Shown: positions 43,441 through 56,983, counted from the whole stretch's first letter. The stretch: 63,721 nucleotides of DNA, filler included, from Octopus bimaculoides (GCF_001194135.2; 7 parts of 6 records of this genome joined end to end with filler, not necessarily neighbours in it); one strand, 5' to 3'. The notes: generated from the letters alone by a model not told the origin. Program-made: numbers and translations.

Positions 43441-43984
43441 AGAAAATACATAGAAAATTAACGACTGAAGTACAATATATTTTCCTTAATTTCATTCCTC
43501 GCCAACAACTGACGTTTCTTAAATATTCCTTCATCAGTGTTCATTTCAGATGTTGTACTAAATTTCTATTTTACGAGTTTATTAAATTCGTAAATTTGTG
43601 AAGGTTTCTATTATTCATATATGAAAGTCTTTGACAAGATTCTTTGCCCTCTGCGGAGAAATTGAAGATATGACGTCGCTAATACTTTAATTCCAAACTG
43701 CGAGAAATCGTGACTGAACATATAGATTATTTATTTGTCACATAAGCTTGCTGATCGATAAATATATAAGCCTTCTATTGAAGTGTGTTGATGCCAGGAT
43801 AGAATATAATACCCTATGGCTTATATCACTACTGTTTTTGAAACACACTAGGATAAACATATATAGATATGCATGTGTGTGTGTGTGTGCGTACATTTTA
43901 CATATATATGCATATATATATAAAGAGAGGAGATAGAGAGTGAGAAATACATATATGCACGCATTCATATATATGCGTGTAGAA

Positions 43985-44015
<31 letters not shown>

Positions 44016-44154
44016 CATATATGTATACATATATATATACATGTATACACACAAACACACGCATGATCTGAATGTGTCTTCTATATATTTTTATAAATAC
44101 ATTGCTATATATGATACACAGATATGTGTACGTATGTGTGTGTACGTATGTGTC

Positions 44155-44185
<31 letters not shown>

Positions 44186-44350
44186 TTATATACACTCATT
44201 CAATCACATACACAGAAGATCCAAATCAGGGGTGAAACTGATCAATCACCGGGAGGGATTGTAACTTTAATTCCTTGAAAAAAACCATTCGTGTGTGTGC
44301 GTGTGTGTGTGTGTGTGTGTGTGCGTGCGCGCGCGTGAGTGTGTGCCGGG

Positions 44351-44398
<48 letters not shown>

Positions 44399-44490
44399 GT
44401 ATATATGCATATTATATAGGTATATATGTATGTACATTATATATTTATGTATGAATGGCACTTCCGCAGAGGAAGAAATGTTTCTCCATT

Positions 44491-44597
44491 AGGTGCATGT
44501 GTGATTGTGTGGTGAGAAGTTTCCTTCCCAACCACATGGTTCCGGGTTCATTCTCACTGCAGGGCAACTTGGGCAAGTGTCTTCAACTATAGCCTCG
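44491..44597 (+). mobile_element. SINE family A, 5' fragment
   Basis: CAACCACATGGTTCCGGGTTCA..TTGGGCAAGTGTCTTC..TATAGCCTCG. Confidence 0.85.
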
Positions 44598-44859
44598 AAG
44601 AATGAAAGAAAGAAACAAACAAAGAAAGAAACAAAGAAAGAAAGAAAAAAAGATAGAAGGAAGGAAGGAAGGAAAAGAAAGAAAGAAATGAAGGAAGGAA
44701 GGACTGGAAGATGGCGGACGTGGAAGTAAGCTGTGTTATCTCTTCCTTAGCAGCATCAGTTGCCTGTATAAAGTTATCTGTTGCTCCAGCTTGTGAGTGA
44801 GTAACGTTATTCGTGTTGGGGATTATTTGTAAAGTTAAGACATTGTGTAAGAGATGAAA

Positions 44860-45205
44860 TGGCGGTGATTGTGATGACGATGGCGATGAGGAGGGATAGG
44901 AGGAGGAGGAGGAGGAGGGGAAAGAGGTGGAGGAACGTGATAACGAAAAAGACGACGACGACGCTGATGATGATGATGATGATGATGATGATGAGGATGA
45001 GGATGATGACGACGACAACAATGACAAAGATAATGGTGATGATGATGGAGATGACGATGATGACGATGACAGCTGTGGTTTGTCCTGGTGGTAGTGGTGG
45101 TGGTGTTGTTGTTCATGGTGGCTGTTGTGGCGATAGTCGTAATGTTAGTAGTAGTGCTAGTAGCTGTGGTAGTTGTAGTCGTTGTGGTGGTGGTGGTGGT
45201 GGTTG
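44860..45205. repeat. Compound (GAG)/(GAT)/(GAC)/(GGT) trinucleotide low-complexity tract
   Basis: Direct inspection. Confidence 0.9.
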
Positions 45206-45424
45206 CAGTTTTGTACGAAACTAACGTGAATGTCATTAAGCTGAAGTTTCCTAACTCTTACAGCTGACATCAATGGTGACTCATTAGGTAAAAGAAAAGA
45301 CGCTCTCCTTTGTTGCAAAATACATTTACATCCTCCGGGGGTAGGCAGCGGACGCCCAATCCTTAATGGATAGCTTTCATGTAATGGATAGCTGGCACAC
45401 ACACATGCACACATAATGCAATGC

Positions 45425-45845
<421 letters not shown>

Positions 45846-46239
45846 AATACAGTAGAAAGTGCATGTATATATATATGTGTATCCACACGCAACAATATTG
45901 ACACACACACAAACAGACACACATAGAGATATTTACGCAAGCATGGATGTAAATCTGTATCTAGGTATAAACATATAAATGTAAAAATTAAATGTATTTA
46001 TTGGAAGAGAATCACGTTTTTCAACGTATGTTGAGTGAAATAGATTTAAAGTATAGTCTGTTAGTGATAATACATCGAGCCTCAAAGTTTCATGTCCACC
46101 GTATCCAGATAGCCATCTGACTATAAAAGCACAACTTATTATGAAAATATCAGTGGCACAAGAATTGTGTGTATGTGTATATGTGTGTGTGTGTGTGTGC
46201 GTGCGTGCGTTTATGTGTTTGTATTGAATATTGTGTTCT

Positions 46240-46392
46240 ACTCTAGGCATAAGGCACTAAATTTTTGGGGGGAGGCGTCCAGTCGATAAGATCGACCCCA
46301 GTACGTAACTGGTACCTAATTTATCGACCCCGAAAGGATGAAAAGCAAAGTTGACCTCGGCAGAATTTGAGCTCAGAACATAAAGACAGACG
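46240..46392 (-). mobile_element. SINE family B copy
   Basis: GGTACCTAATTTATCGACCCCGAAAGGATGAAAAGCAAAGTTGACCTCGGCAGAATTTGAGCTCAGAAC is the reverse complement of the family B core. Confidence 0.85.
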
Positions 46393-46519
46393 AAATGTTT
46401 GTATTAAATATTATATATTATGTAATATATTAAATATAGATTTATACTACGGAGTATTCGGCCTTGTCTTTTAAATTTTTCGATATGGTAAGGGTAAAAT
46501 TCATTATATCTCTCATGAG

Positions 46520-46950
46520 TTACTTGTTTCAGATTTGGGATTGTGGCCATGCTGGTGCACTACTTTCAAGAGTTTAGGCATATAGGTCGACGTCAGGACT
46601 TATTATCTTTAAATATGATACATATTTTATCGGTCTGTTTTGCCCAACCGCTACGACACCAGATGTAAACAAACCAACACCGGTTGACAAGCAGTGGTAG
46701 GGAACAAACAAATGCTCACGCTCTCGAACACACTCATTCGACACACGCACAACCATATACACACACATATATATATGTATGTGTCTGTACATTTGTGTGC
46801 ACAACGGTCTTCTTTCAGTTTCCATCTACCAAATCCACTCACAAGGCTTTCGACCGCCCGAGGCTATACTAGAAAGCACTTGACCAAGGTGCCACGCAGT
46901 GGGACTGAACCCGGAACCATGTGATTGGTGTGCAAGCTTCTTACCACATA
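46520..46950 (-). mobile_element. SINE family A, near full length (head, body, internal microsatellite, 3' tail)
   Basis: Head and body at 46806-46950, (CA/TA) tract at ~46720-46800, and tail (..GGCCATGCTGG..ATCGGTCTGTTTTGCC..AACCGCT..) at 46520-46710. Confidence 0.85.
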
Positions 46951-47486
46951 GATTATACATAAATGATATTTTGTGTCATTTCAGAATTATAAGTCTTGCA
47001 ATAAGGTTTTTAGTCGCAGAGAAGAAGCAAGAACTAGTTTAGAAATGACTAAGAGATGACGGACTTGGACGCCGTCGAAGAGAAAAGACCATGGGATGGT
47101 GGGAGGTAACTTATAGGAGAAATATATTTGGTTGCAATGTTAAAAAGAGTTGTTATTTATCAGTCGTTCATCTGTCCCCTGGGATAATGACAGCCAATGA
47201 TGATTATTCGCCGATATAGACAACAACGACTTAACACCAGGGAACATGAAACGAAATTATACAGAAGAAAATTTGGTTAAGTAGGTTTCGTTCCAGTATT
47301 TATGTATTTCTTATCAGCCCTCTCTCTGTCTCTCTCTCTCTCACCCTCTCCCTTTATTTCTCTCTCTCTCTCTCTCTCTCTCATTCTCTCTCTCCGTATC
47401 TATCTATCTATCTATCTATCTATCGATCGCTTTCTATATCTAGCATTCCTTTTATCTCTATCGTTTGCTTTCGCACCCGCATTCTG

Positions 47487-47522
<36 letters not shown>

Positions 47523-47746
47523 CTTATATCTATTTACATACATATATATGACACATACGTATATATATGTGTGCGTGTGTATACACACACACACATATAT
47601 ATATATGCATATATGCATACATATATATATATATATATATATACATATATATACACATATATATATATATACACATATATATGCATATGTATATATATAT
47701 ATACACATGTATATACTCTCTGACGCATACGTATATATGTGTGAGT

Positions 47747-47814
<68 letters not shown>

Positions 47815-47969
47815 ATATATATATATATACATGTATACATATACGTACATACATATACACATATATATGCATATGTATATATATATGATTAAATTTGTAT
47901 TCGTATTTATATATAAACAAGATACCATACATGCGCATAAATATATGTATAATTACATATATATATGAG

Positions 47970-48005
<36 letters not shown>

Positions 48006-48016
48006 TNNNNNNNNNN

Positions 48017-48052
<36 letters not shown>

Positions 48053-49129
48053 CATATACGCACATAAATATGTGTACTCGTCTACATGATAATATGTGTA
48101 TGCATATTTGTGTGTGCGTGTGTATGCATTCATGAGTGTACGTACGCATGCGTATATGTTGCGTTTCTGCGCATGTGTTATTATATATACATAAAACCAT
48201 ATCCATACGCACAGACAGACACACACATATGTACTTATACACGTATGTATACATGTATACGTGTGTATGTATGTATGTACAAATGCGCGTGTGTAGGAAT
48301 ATAGAAATAATGTAAGATTTTATTCTTACACGGTTCACATGATACATCATTGTATTACCATTTTTCAGGAAATTCTTAGGAAAATCTAATTTCTTGTGGA
48401 AAATTTTCCTAATTTTAAAAGGAATCAAGTTCTCCATTTTTTATTTGTTTATTTATTCCTTCATTTATTTGCGTTTTTTTTAACGTTATTTTCATCTTTG
48501 TTTTTTCATTTACTTATTGAAGTCATTGGACTGTGGCCATGCTGGGGCACCGTATCGAAAGGCGTAGTCAAAAAAAATCGACACCAGAACTTATTACTTT
48601 AAACATGGTACTTATTCTATCGGTCTTTGTTTGTCCAACCGCCAAGTAACGGCGAACTTACTGCGATAGTAATGGCCAAACATATGTGTGTCGGTGTATA
48701 TATGTGTGTGAGTGTGTGTGTGTATATGTCAGTGTTTGTTCCCCCCCACACTTTGACAATTGATGCTGGTGTGTTTACGTCCCCGTAACACTAGCGGTTC
48801 GGCAAAAGACACCGATAGAATAAGTGCTTGGCATACATGTTTTTGTTTTTCTATGTTATCGTTTTTTTTCCGTTTTGTTCACGTTTTTTGACGTCTTGTA
48901 CCCATATATACATATATATATATAGACATATATATGTAGGTATGTACATATATGTATGTATACATGCACATTATATATATATATATATATATATACAGAG
49001 AGAGAGAGAGAGAGATGGAGAGAGATAATATTTCTAAGTCTCTCTAAAGGAGACTACGGCAGCGGTACTAGAAATTAATAGTTGGCTTGGCGATAACTAT
49101 TAATTATATATATATATATACATATATAT

Positions 49130-49219
<90 letters not shown>

Positions 49220-49258
49220 TACATGCATACATATACATACATACACACGCATAGAGGG

Positions 49259-49370
49259 AGAGGCTATAGTAGAAGACACCTGCCCAAGGTACCACGCAGT
49301 AGGACTGAACCCGGAACAATGTGGTGGTTGCGAAGCAAGTTTTTTTTTACCGCACAGCCACGCCTGCGCC
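49259..49370 (-). mobile_element. SINE family A, 5' fragment
   Basis: GAGGCTATAGTAGAAGACAC..GGACTGAACCCGGAAC..CACAGCCACGCCTGCGCC. Confidence 0.85.
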
Positions 49371-49755
49371 AATATATACTATTCTGTTAAAAGACTTCTC
49401 TATATATTTCGAAACTAGTTTCTGCAATAATTCCATAGCAGGCACCACCAGAGCGTAGTTTAAAGACTGGTTCTGTGACAGGCAAGTGCTAATTTTGACG
49501 CGAGTTGGCCATAAACCAAGCAGGGAAGCTTCTAATTTATTCGCTCGTTTTTGTTTTCGTTGTGTGAGGTGAAATTACTAAGTAATTATTCGAGTGAAAT
49601 TATCGCCATTCCACCCACGACAGCCACCGTCTATTACCCACCAGTGCGCACCTTAATACCTTTAAAATATTGCTTGTTTCATTTTATTGCTGGGCTTGTC
49701 TCACTTTTGCATTGCTTTCTTGGAGAAACCATCAAATCATTTATAAGGTTATGAG

Positions 49756-50495
49756 ATGGGTGGGGGGAAAGGGAGAGGAGGAAAGGGAGGTGGTATGAAC
49801 AGTGACGGTGGGAGAAGAGGAAGGAGGAAGAGGGAGGAGGCGGAGGTGAAGAAGAACAACACCAACAACATCAACAACAGCAAGAAGGAGGAGGGGGAGG
49901 GGAAGAAGAAAGAGAACAACAAGAATAATAAAACGAAGAAGAAAAAGAAGAATAAAAAGTAGAAGTAGAAGAAGACAATCAACAACAACAGCAAGAAAAC
50001 GAAGGAAACGAAGAAAGGGGAAGAACAAGAGCAGGAGGGGAAGAAAGAGAAGTAGAGAAAGACGGGATAACAATGGGGAAGTGGTATGAGTAGAAGTGAA
50101 GGGGAGGATGATGATGATGACGATGACGGCGGTGGCGGTGGTGATTAGAAAAAGGAAAAGGTAAACAAGAAAACGACGAAGAAAACGAAGATGAAGGCGC
50201 GGAAGAAGGATGTGGAGGATGAGGAAGAGGAGGAATAAGAGGTGGAGCCGGAGTAGGAGGAAAAGAGAGGGGATGAAACAGACGGGGAGAAGGAAGAGGT
50301 GGTGAGGGGAATATAAGAAACAACTACTGCCCCCAACATCAAGAATTCCTCCTCATCATCATCATCATTATGAAAATCATGATCATCATCATCATCATCA
50401 TCATTATAACTATCATCATCATCATCATCATCGTTATTATTATTATTATTATTAGTAGTAGTAGTATTATTAATATTATTATTGTTGTTATAGTT
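49756..50495. repeat. Purine-rich (GAA/GAG)n then (ATC)/(ATT)n low-complexity tract
   Basis: Direct inspection. Confidence 0.9.
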
Positions 50496-50777
50496 CATTG
50501 GCCGTGTGATTACGAATAGGCATCAACGTACCGACTGTTTGGTGGTGGTCATGGGTGGGTCGGGGGTGCAATATTTAACATTTGTTATTGGGTTGTCTTC
50601 CACCGTTAATGAGAAAGCTGAAAACCATAAGTTTTAACGATAGCGAAATGGCTAATTATCCGGGCCCAAGGTGGGACATTCACTGCTATATGGCCATTAG
50701 CTACGGTTTAGCCAAAACAATGACCATTAAGAGAACAAAGCTGAGAGATATTTCGACAGTTTTGACTTTTGACACAT

Positions 50778-50797
50778 TGAACTTTGACCTTTAACCT
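50778..50797 (-). promoter_or_regulatory. Candidate nuclear-receptor DR1 array (three half-sites)
   Basis: Minus strand AGGTTA-A-AGGTCA-A-AGTTCA in unique sequence that is rich in TAAT/ATTA motifs. Confidence 0.35.
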
Positions 50798-51166
50798 TTG
50801 CCATATTCAACCCTTTCCTCCTGTAGCAATGTGTATAGGAAAGTGCAGCAGTCATTCGTGTTTCAGTGTTTGGGGCCCCGGGAGCAAAAGCGAAGCTTTT
50901 GCAGAGAGGTTTAAGGGTCGAAGGAGTTGCAAACAAATGCAAATACCTTCTCGGCACTGCTATTCTTCATTCTCCTTCACTGCTCCGCGGAACACTCAGC
51001 CTCTCCTCTTTCTCTTCTTGCCTTTCTTTCCCCTATATTCTCCTCTCTTCTTCTTCTTCTTCCGTTTTTTTCTCTTCTTTTTCTTCTCCTTCCGTTTCTT
51101 CTTCTCTTTCCTCTTCCGTTTCTTCTTCTATTTCTTTTTTTTTTTCCACTTCTTTTTCGTCTTCTT

Positions 51167-51201
<35 letters not shown>

Positions 51202-51255
51202 TCCTGTCTTTTTCTTCTACTTTTTCTTTTTCTTCCGCTTCTTCTTCGCTCCACA

Positions 51256-51297
51256 CCTTGAGTGGATTTGGTAGAAGGAAACTAAAAGAAGCCCGTC

Positions 51298-51329
<32 letters not shown>

Positions 51330-51470
51330 CTATGTTTGTCTCACACCACCATTCCTTGACAGCCGATAGAATCAGTACTAGGCTTACAAAGAATAAGCCC
51401 TCGGGTCGATCTGTTCGACTAAAGGCGGTGCTCCAGCATGGCCGAATCAAATGGCTGAAATAAATAAAAG
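51256..51470 (+). mobile_element. SINE family A, 3' part (body end, (TG)n, tail)
   Basis: GAGTGGATTTGGTAGA..GAAGCCCGTC, then (TG)n, then CCGATAGAAT..GGTCGATCTGTTCGACTAAAGGCGGTGCTCCAGCATGGCC. Confidence 0.85.
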
Positions 51471-51503
51471 GAAAAAAATAAATATCTATATATATCTACA
51501 TCA

Positions 51504-51895
51504 GTGTGGAGGCGCAATGGCCCAGTGGTTCGGGCAGCGGACTCGCGGTCATAGGATCGCGGTTTCGATTCCCAGACCGGGCGTTGTGAGTGTTTATTGA
51601 GCGAAAACACCTAAAAGCTCCACGAGGCTCCGGCAGGGGATGGTGACGAACCCTGCTGTACTCTTTCACCACAACTTTCTCTCACTCTTACTTCCTGTTT
51701 CTGTTGTGTCTCTGTAATTCAAAGGGTCAGCCTTGTCACACTGTGTCACGCTGAATATCCCCCGAGAACAACGTTAAGGGTACACGTGTCTGTGGAGTGC
51801 TCAGCCACTTGCACGTTAATTTCACGAGCAGGCTGTTCCGTTGATCGGATCAACTGGAACCCTCGACGTAGTAAGCGACGGAGTGCCAGCAACAA
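51504..51895 (+). mobile_element. tRNA-derived SINE family C, apparently full length (~390 bp), tRNA-Arg-like head
   Basis: A-box TGGCCCAGTGG (51518), B-box GGTTTCGATTCCC (51561), TCG at the anticodon-equivalent position, then a long unique body and an (A/CAA) tail. Octopus OK/OR1/OR2 SINEs are described, but I cannot assign which family this is. Confidence 0.85.
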
Positions 51896-52365
51896 ATATC
51901 TACAAATACATGGTGATACCTCTACAAGAATGTCACAATAATATAGAATACACATTTTCGTCTGACTATCTTCATGTAACAGCAACAGCTACAAAAATAA
52001 CGATTGTTGTTAGTCATGTCCTCATTCTGTCAATTCCCTATATTATTATCATTATTATTCTTGTTTTTCTTGTTTTTGTTATGCGACTCATACATACACA
52101 TGTTTATATTCGTCATTGTATTTATATATATATATGCATATCTGTATACATACATACTGAAATCTATATGTATATATCTATATATACATATATATATAGA
52201 AATATATATCTATACATATACGTACGTATATATAAATACATATATATAAATATATATATATAAATATATATATAAATGCATATATACATATATATATATA
52301 TGTATATGTATATATATGTATGTATGTTTTTATATATATATATGTGTGTGTTTATATATACGTAC

Positions 52366-52407
<42 letters not shown>

Positions 52408-52809
52408 TTATATATACGTACGTATATATATATATATATNNNNNNNNNNNNNNNNNNNNNNNNNNNNNNNNNNNNNNNNNNNNTTAATTAATTAANNNNN
52501 NNNNNNNNNNNNNNNNNNNNNNNNNNNNNNNNNNNNNNNATATATATATATATATATATATACACACAAACATGGATGTTATGTGTGTGTGCGCGCGTGT
52601 AAAATAAAATTATATTCGTATTCTTCATCCGTGTGTGTCAAAAACTAAATAGCAGCAGCAGCAGCAGCAGCCAGCCAAGACTTATTTTTTTTCTCCACAT
52701 ACGACGACTAAGTAACAATACTGATATCAAGGAACTGGTGTCGCTAAAATGGCTATAAATATGAATGTGACGATGCCAGTTGTCTGCGTAAGTGCTTGCT
52801 GTGTGTGTG

Positions 52810-52854
52810 TCCACTACGGCTATTACTACCATCTCCAACGCTACTACTACCACC

Positions 52855-52888
<34 letters not shown>

Positions 52889-54325
52889 TGGTGTGTATTA
52901 CCACCATTGCTTACTACTACTACTACTAATACTAATACTATTCATCATCGCTTACTACTACTATTAGTATTACTAGTATTATCACTTTCTTTACTACTTT
53001 ACTACTACTACTACTAGTAGTAGTAGTAGTAGTAGTAGTATCACTACCTTCATTACTACTACTACTACTACCACTACTATTACTAACCTACTGCTGTTAC
53101 CTCTGTGACTACTACTACTATTACTACAAACTAGTATAGAACTGCTGCTGTCAATACTGCTGCTACAACAACTATTACTACTATTATTACTACCACGAAA
53201 ACGGTTACTACTACTACTACTACTACTAATGATAATAATAATATTAATACTAATGCTAATACTAATACTATTATTGCTGCAACTAGTTCTATTATTACTG
53301 CATCAACTATCACTTCTACTGCNNNNNNNNNNNNNNNNNNNNNNNNNNNNNNNNNNNNNNNNNNNNNNNNNNNNNNNNNNNNNNNNNNNNNNNNNNNNNN
53401 NNNNNNNNNNNNNNNNNNNNNNNNNNNNNNNNNNNNNNNNNNNNNNNNNNNNNNNNNNNNNNNNNNNNNNNNNNNNNNNNNNNNNNNNNNNNNNNNNNNN
53501 NNNNNNNNNNNNNNNNNNNNNNNNNNNNNNNNNNNNNNNNNNNNNNNNNNNNNNNNNNNNNNNNNNNNNNNNNNNNNNNNNNNNNNNNNNNNNNNNNNNN
53601 NNNNNNNNNNNNNNNNNNNNNNNNNNNNNNNNNNNNNNNNNNNNNNNNNNNNNNNNNNNNNNNNNNNNNNNNNNNNNNNNNNNNNNNNNNNNNNNNNNNN
53701 NNNNNNNNNNNNNNNNNNNNNNNNNNNNNNNNNNNNNNNNNNNNNNNNNNNNNNNNNNNNNNNNNNNNNNNNNNNNNNNNNNNNNNNNNNNNNNNNNNNN
53801 NNNNNNNNNNNNNNNNNNNNNNNNNNNNNNNNNNNNNNNNNNNNNNNNNNNNNNNNNNNNNNNNNNNNNNNNNNNNNNNNNNNNNNNNNNNNNNNNNNNN
53901 NNNNNNNNNNNNNNNNNNNNNNNNNNNNNNNNNNNNNNNNNNNNNNNNNNNNNNNNNNNNNNNNNNNNNNNNNNNNNNNNNNNNNNNNNNNNNNNNNNNN
54001 NNNNNNNNNNNNNNNNNNNNNNNNNNNNNNNNNNNNNNNNNNNNNNNNNNNNNNNNNNNNNNNNNNNNNNNNNNNNNNNNNNNNNNNNNNNNNNNNNNNN
54101 NNNNNNNNNNNNNNNNNNNNNNNNNNNNNNNNNNNNNNNNNNNNGTGGTGGTGGTGGTGGTGGTGGTGGTAGCGATGACGGTGACGGTGGTGGTGGTTTC
54201 GGCAACGGCGGCGGTAGCGGCGGTGTTGGTGGTGCTAGTGGTGCTGGTGGTGGTGGAGGTGACGGTGGTGCTGGTGATGATGGTGGTGGTAGTGCTGCTG
54301 TTGTTACTGTTGCTGCTGCTGCTGC
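52810..54325. repeat. (CTA/ACT)n and (GGT/GCT)n low-complexity tracts around a gap
   Basis: Direct inspection. Confidence 0.9.
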
Positions 54326-54521
54326 GAATGAACTCTTCCCTGGAGAACAATATATAATCTCACAGAAACAAAGAGTAAAATAAAAAGATAATAATTATAA
54401 ATGGAAGCGTTGTTACCGAACCGCCTACACAAAAGGCCATTATTTCTTCCTAGTTGTATAACGTGAAGTAATGCATTGTGTACCATGTGCCAGACACAAA
54501 AAGTTGTATGTTTAAGACAGG

Positions 54522-54579
54522 ATGAAAATCCTAAACAGATCGATGCTAATCTTCGTTACTGTCGCAATCCACATCATAC
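54522..54579 (+). CDS. Tentative first coding exon (signal peptide) of the knottin precursor
   Basis: ATG at 54522 follows cag|g and reads MKILNRSMLIFVTVAIHII plus 1 nt. That gives the required phase 1, joining to ...IIHSGVSA|VP. The donor (C|GTGGAA) and acceptor are weak, so the true exon may lie in gap 53323-54144 or outside this piece. Confidence 0.2.
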
Positions 54580-55134
54580 GTGGAATGCGACAATAAGGGA
54601 ACTTCACATCGTATGTGAAGTTCTCTTTGCCGTAGTTTATCTAATAATTGATTAGGCCAGTGACTCTTAACCTTTGTGATAGCGCCCACTTGGGAGCGTA
54701 GTGAACTCACAAACAGGAAGTGAAGGAAATGTGAAGGGGTAGCAAATTACACGAGGGCACAAGGATCGTGGTATTCTTATATTATAAAATCTTTGTCAAA
54801 TTAAATTATGAATAGGATATTGTTTTATCAGTAAGCAGAAACTGGATTGATGATGCACGAAGGTCCATTATATAAGTTCTCGCTTTCATGAGTAATTTCT
54901 TTCAAAATTAACATAGGAATGCACTAACTCACTTAAATGTCTATATAAAAAAAAATTTAAGAAAGAGCGCGATACATTTTGGATTGGATAATATAAAAAA
55001 ATTATGGATAATAATAAACCACAGCATAAGATTATGTTTTATTAAAATAATTTTCAGTTAGTTGAACATGTGTAAAGCGCCTTTCAAGTAAACAAGGTGG
55101 GTACAAAACGAGTCGAAAACCACGAGTGTGAGCT

Positions 55135-55300
55135 TATTTACTCAAGCCCTTCGCTCCCTATGGAACATAGGCCATCGATAACTTTTCTCGACTGTTCTCG
55201 ACTCTGGACAGTCTTTTCTGCTTCTCTACTGTTGGATTGCGGCTTTTATCCCGCCTCCAGCTATTTTTAGGACGTCCTCTCTTCCACCTCCCTTATGGAG
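55135..55300 (-). mobile_element. RTE-type LINE 3' fragment
   Basis: Minus strand reads KRGRPKNSWRR..MAYVP* followed by a short tail. Confidence 0.6.
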
Positions 55301-55963
55301 TGTTTCCCCGAGGGAAAAGCTTCCTCTACCAGGTTTTGCTGGTTTTGAATTGTCATCGATGCTTTTATAACTTTGCCTTTTTCTAAGGAGAGGTTTTGGT
55401 CCTATACAAACCTATTTTTACTTCTAGGAAGAAGTAGTCAATATTAGTCTGACCTCTATCCATTGACTTGCTCAACATAGAATTTACCAGGAGTTTCTGC
55501 TTCGCTAGCATAGTTCTCAGGATCACTGCGATATGCAAGCTTCACCATAACAAAGGCCAGGCTTGTGGTGGACAGGTGTAAACAAATCTCACAAAATAAT
55601 ATATGAAATCGCATATACAAATGCACTAAACCAGTTGTTCCTATCGTTGCGATTTTTAGTGAAGTTATCACTTAAAAGTGCGCTCACTCACCCTTTCAAT
55701 TATTTCTATATCCTTGTGCATTATTACTCGATAGGCGTTGATTCTATACTGGGTTCATTAGTACCAATCCCAAAAAAGGAATACTGAAATCAATTTGATC
55801 AACTAAACCCTTCATGGTGGTGCCCCAGTATGGGTGCAGTCAAAGGACTGAAACAAGTAAAAGAATAAAAGAATGGGAAAATGGGGTTTTATTCGAAAGC
55901 TATTTCGCTACTGGTTCTAGCTGTTCAAAAGATCACGAAAAAGCTCCTTCTTTGGCTCATGAT

Positions 55964-56820
55964 ACGAGGTGAGCTCAAAACGTATCCGACTTATTTCTTC
56001 CCGCCAAAACTAATGCCGCGTGGGTAAAATCCTTTGAAAAGGAGTTGATGCTACCCTTCCTGCGCATGCAGGAAAATTTTCGTGCTGTTATGCCTAAAGT
56101 ACAAACGTGTAGTGCGCGCTCGTCGGATTTTCGCTTTCAGAGGTCGTAACCATAAACACATATCTTATCAACAGTGATGATGTTCTTCATGAAGCTTGAG
56201 TCGTGGTTTGCACAGTCCAAAATATCCTGAATGATTTACATGCGAAGTTGCTTGTGCTGCTCCACCAGTACATTATAGGCGAATTTCACCTACACTCCGC
56301 ATGCACAAATCCTCTGTTAGAATGGAAAACACTGTTCCTCTGCTTATTCCCATTTCGTGAGCAATTTCCTAGATTGTTACACAGCGATCTTCTATGACTA
56401 TTCGCCGAACCTTCTCAAACGTCTCCTCGTTTCGGTTTGCGAATGGCCTGCATGAGCGTGCCTCACTCTTCACTGAGATACGGGCCATGTTTGAAGCGGT
56501 TGTACGAGTCCTAGATCAGAGTTTCGCCCATGGCCTCATCGCCGAAGACTGAATTTTCTGAATGGTTTGAGTTTGAGTATCACCAAGCTTTTGGCAAAAC
56601 TTGATGCAACGTCTCTCGTCGATGAAAACGAAAACCCAACGAGCACATACTACATACCTGTGCTCTACGCATAACATAGGAACTGATGAAGCCTACTGGC
56701 ACGAAAATTTTCGAGCAGGCGCAGGAAGGGTAGCGTCACCATTAACCCGAAAGACTTTGCCCGTGTGGTATTAGTTTTGGCGGGGGAAATAAAGTAGGAT
56801 ACTTTTTGAACACATCTCGT
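55964..56820 (-). mobile_element. Non-autonomous mariner derivative with long (~175-200 bp) inverted ends and a decayed N-terminal transposase
   Basis: Minus strand reads, with stops and frameshifts, RCIKFCQKLGDTQTQTIQKI..FGDEAM..SVKSEARSCRP..EKVRRIVIEDRCVTI*EIAHEMGISRGTVFSILTEDLCMR..DSSFMKNIITVDKICVYGYD (mariner HTH to first catalytic Asp region). Ends ACGAGGTGAGCTCAAAACGTATCC and its inverted counterpart. Confidence 0.85.
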
Positions 56821-56983
56821 TAAACTTATTTGACCTGAACTGCTGATATGGCTGTTGGTAAGGTACTTTGTGTGAACGTAAAAGACATGTAAAAGACATA
56901 CTCCCATCTAAGCAAGTCAATTTATATCAAAACAACCACTAAAACCAACTGCTTTTCTCTCTCTTTCTCACTCTCTTATGCAG

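Noticed and set aside
51504-51580. tRNA genes at SINE heads (also 20353, 38422)
   Set aside because: A/B boxes are present but there is no complete cloverleaf, and they continue into SINE bodies.
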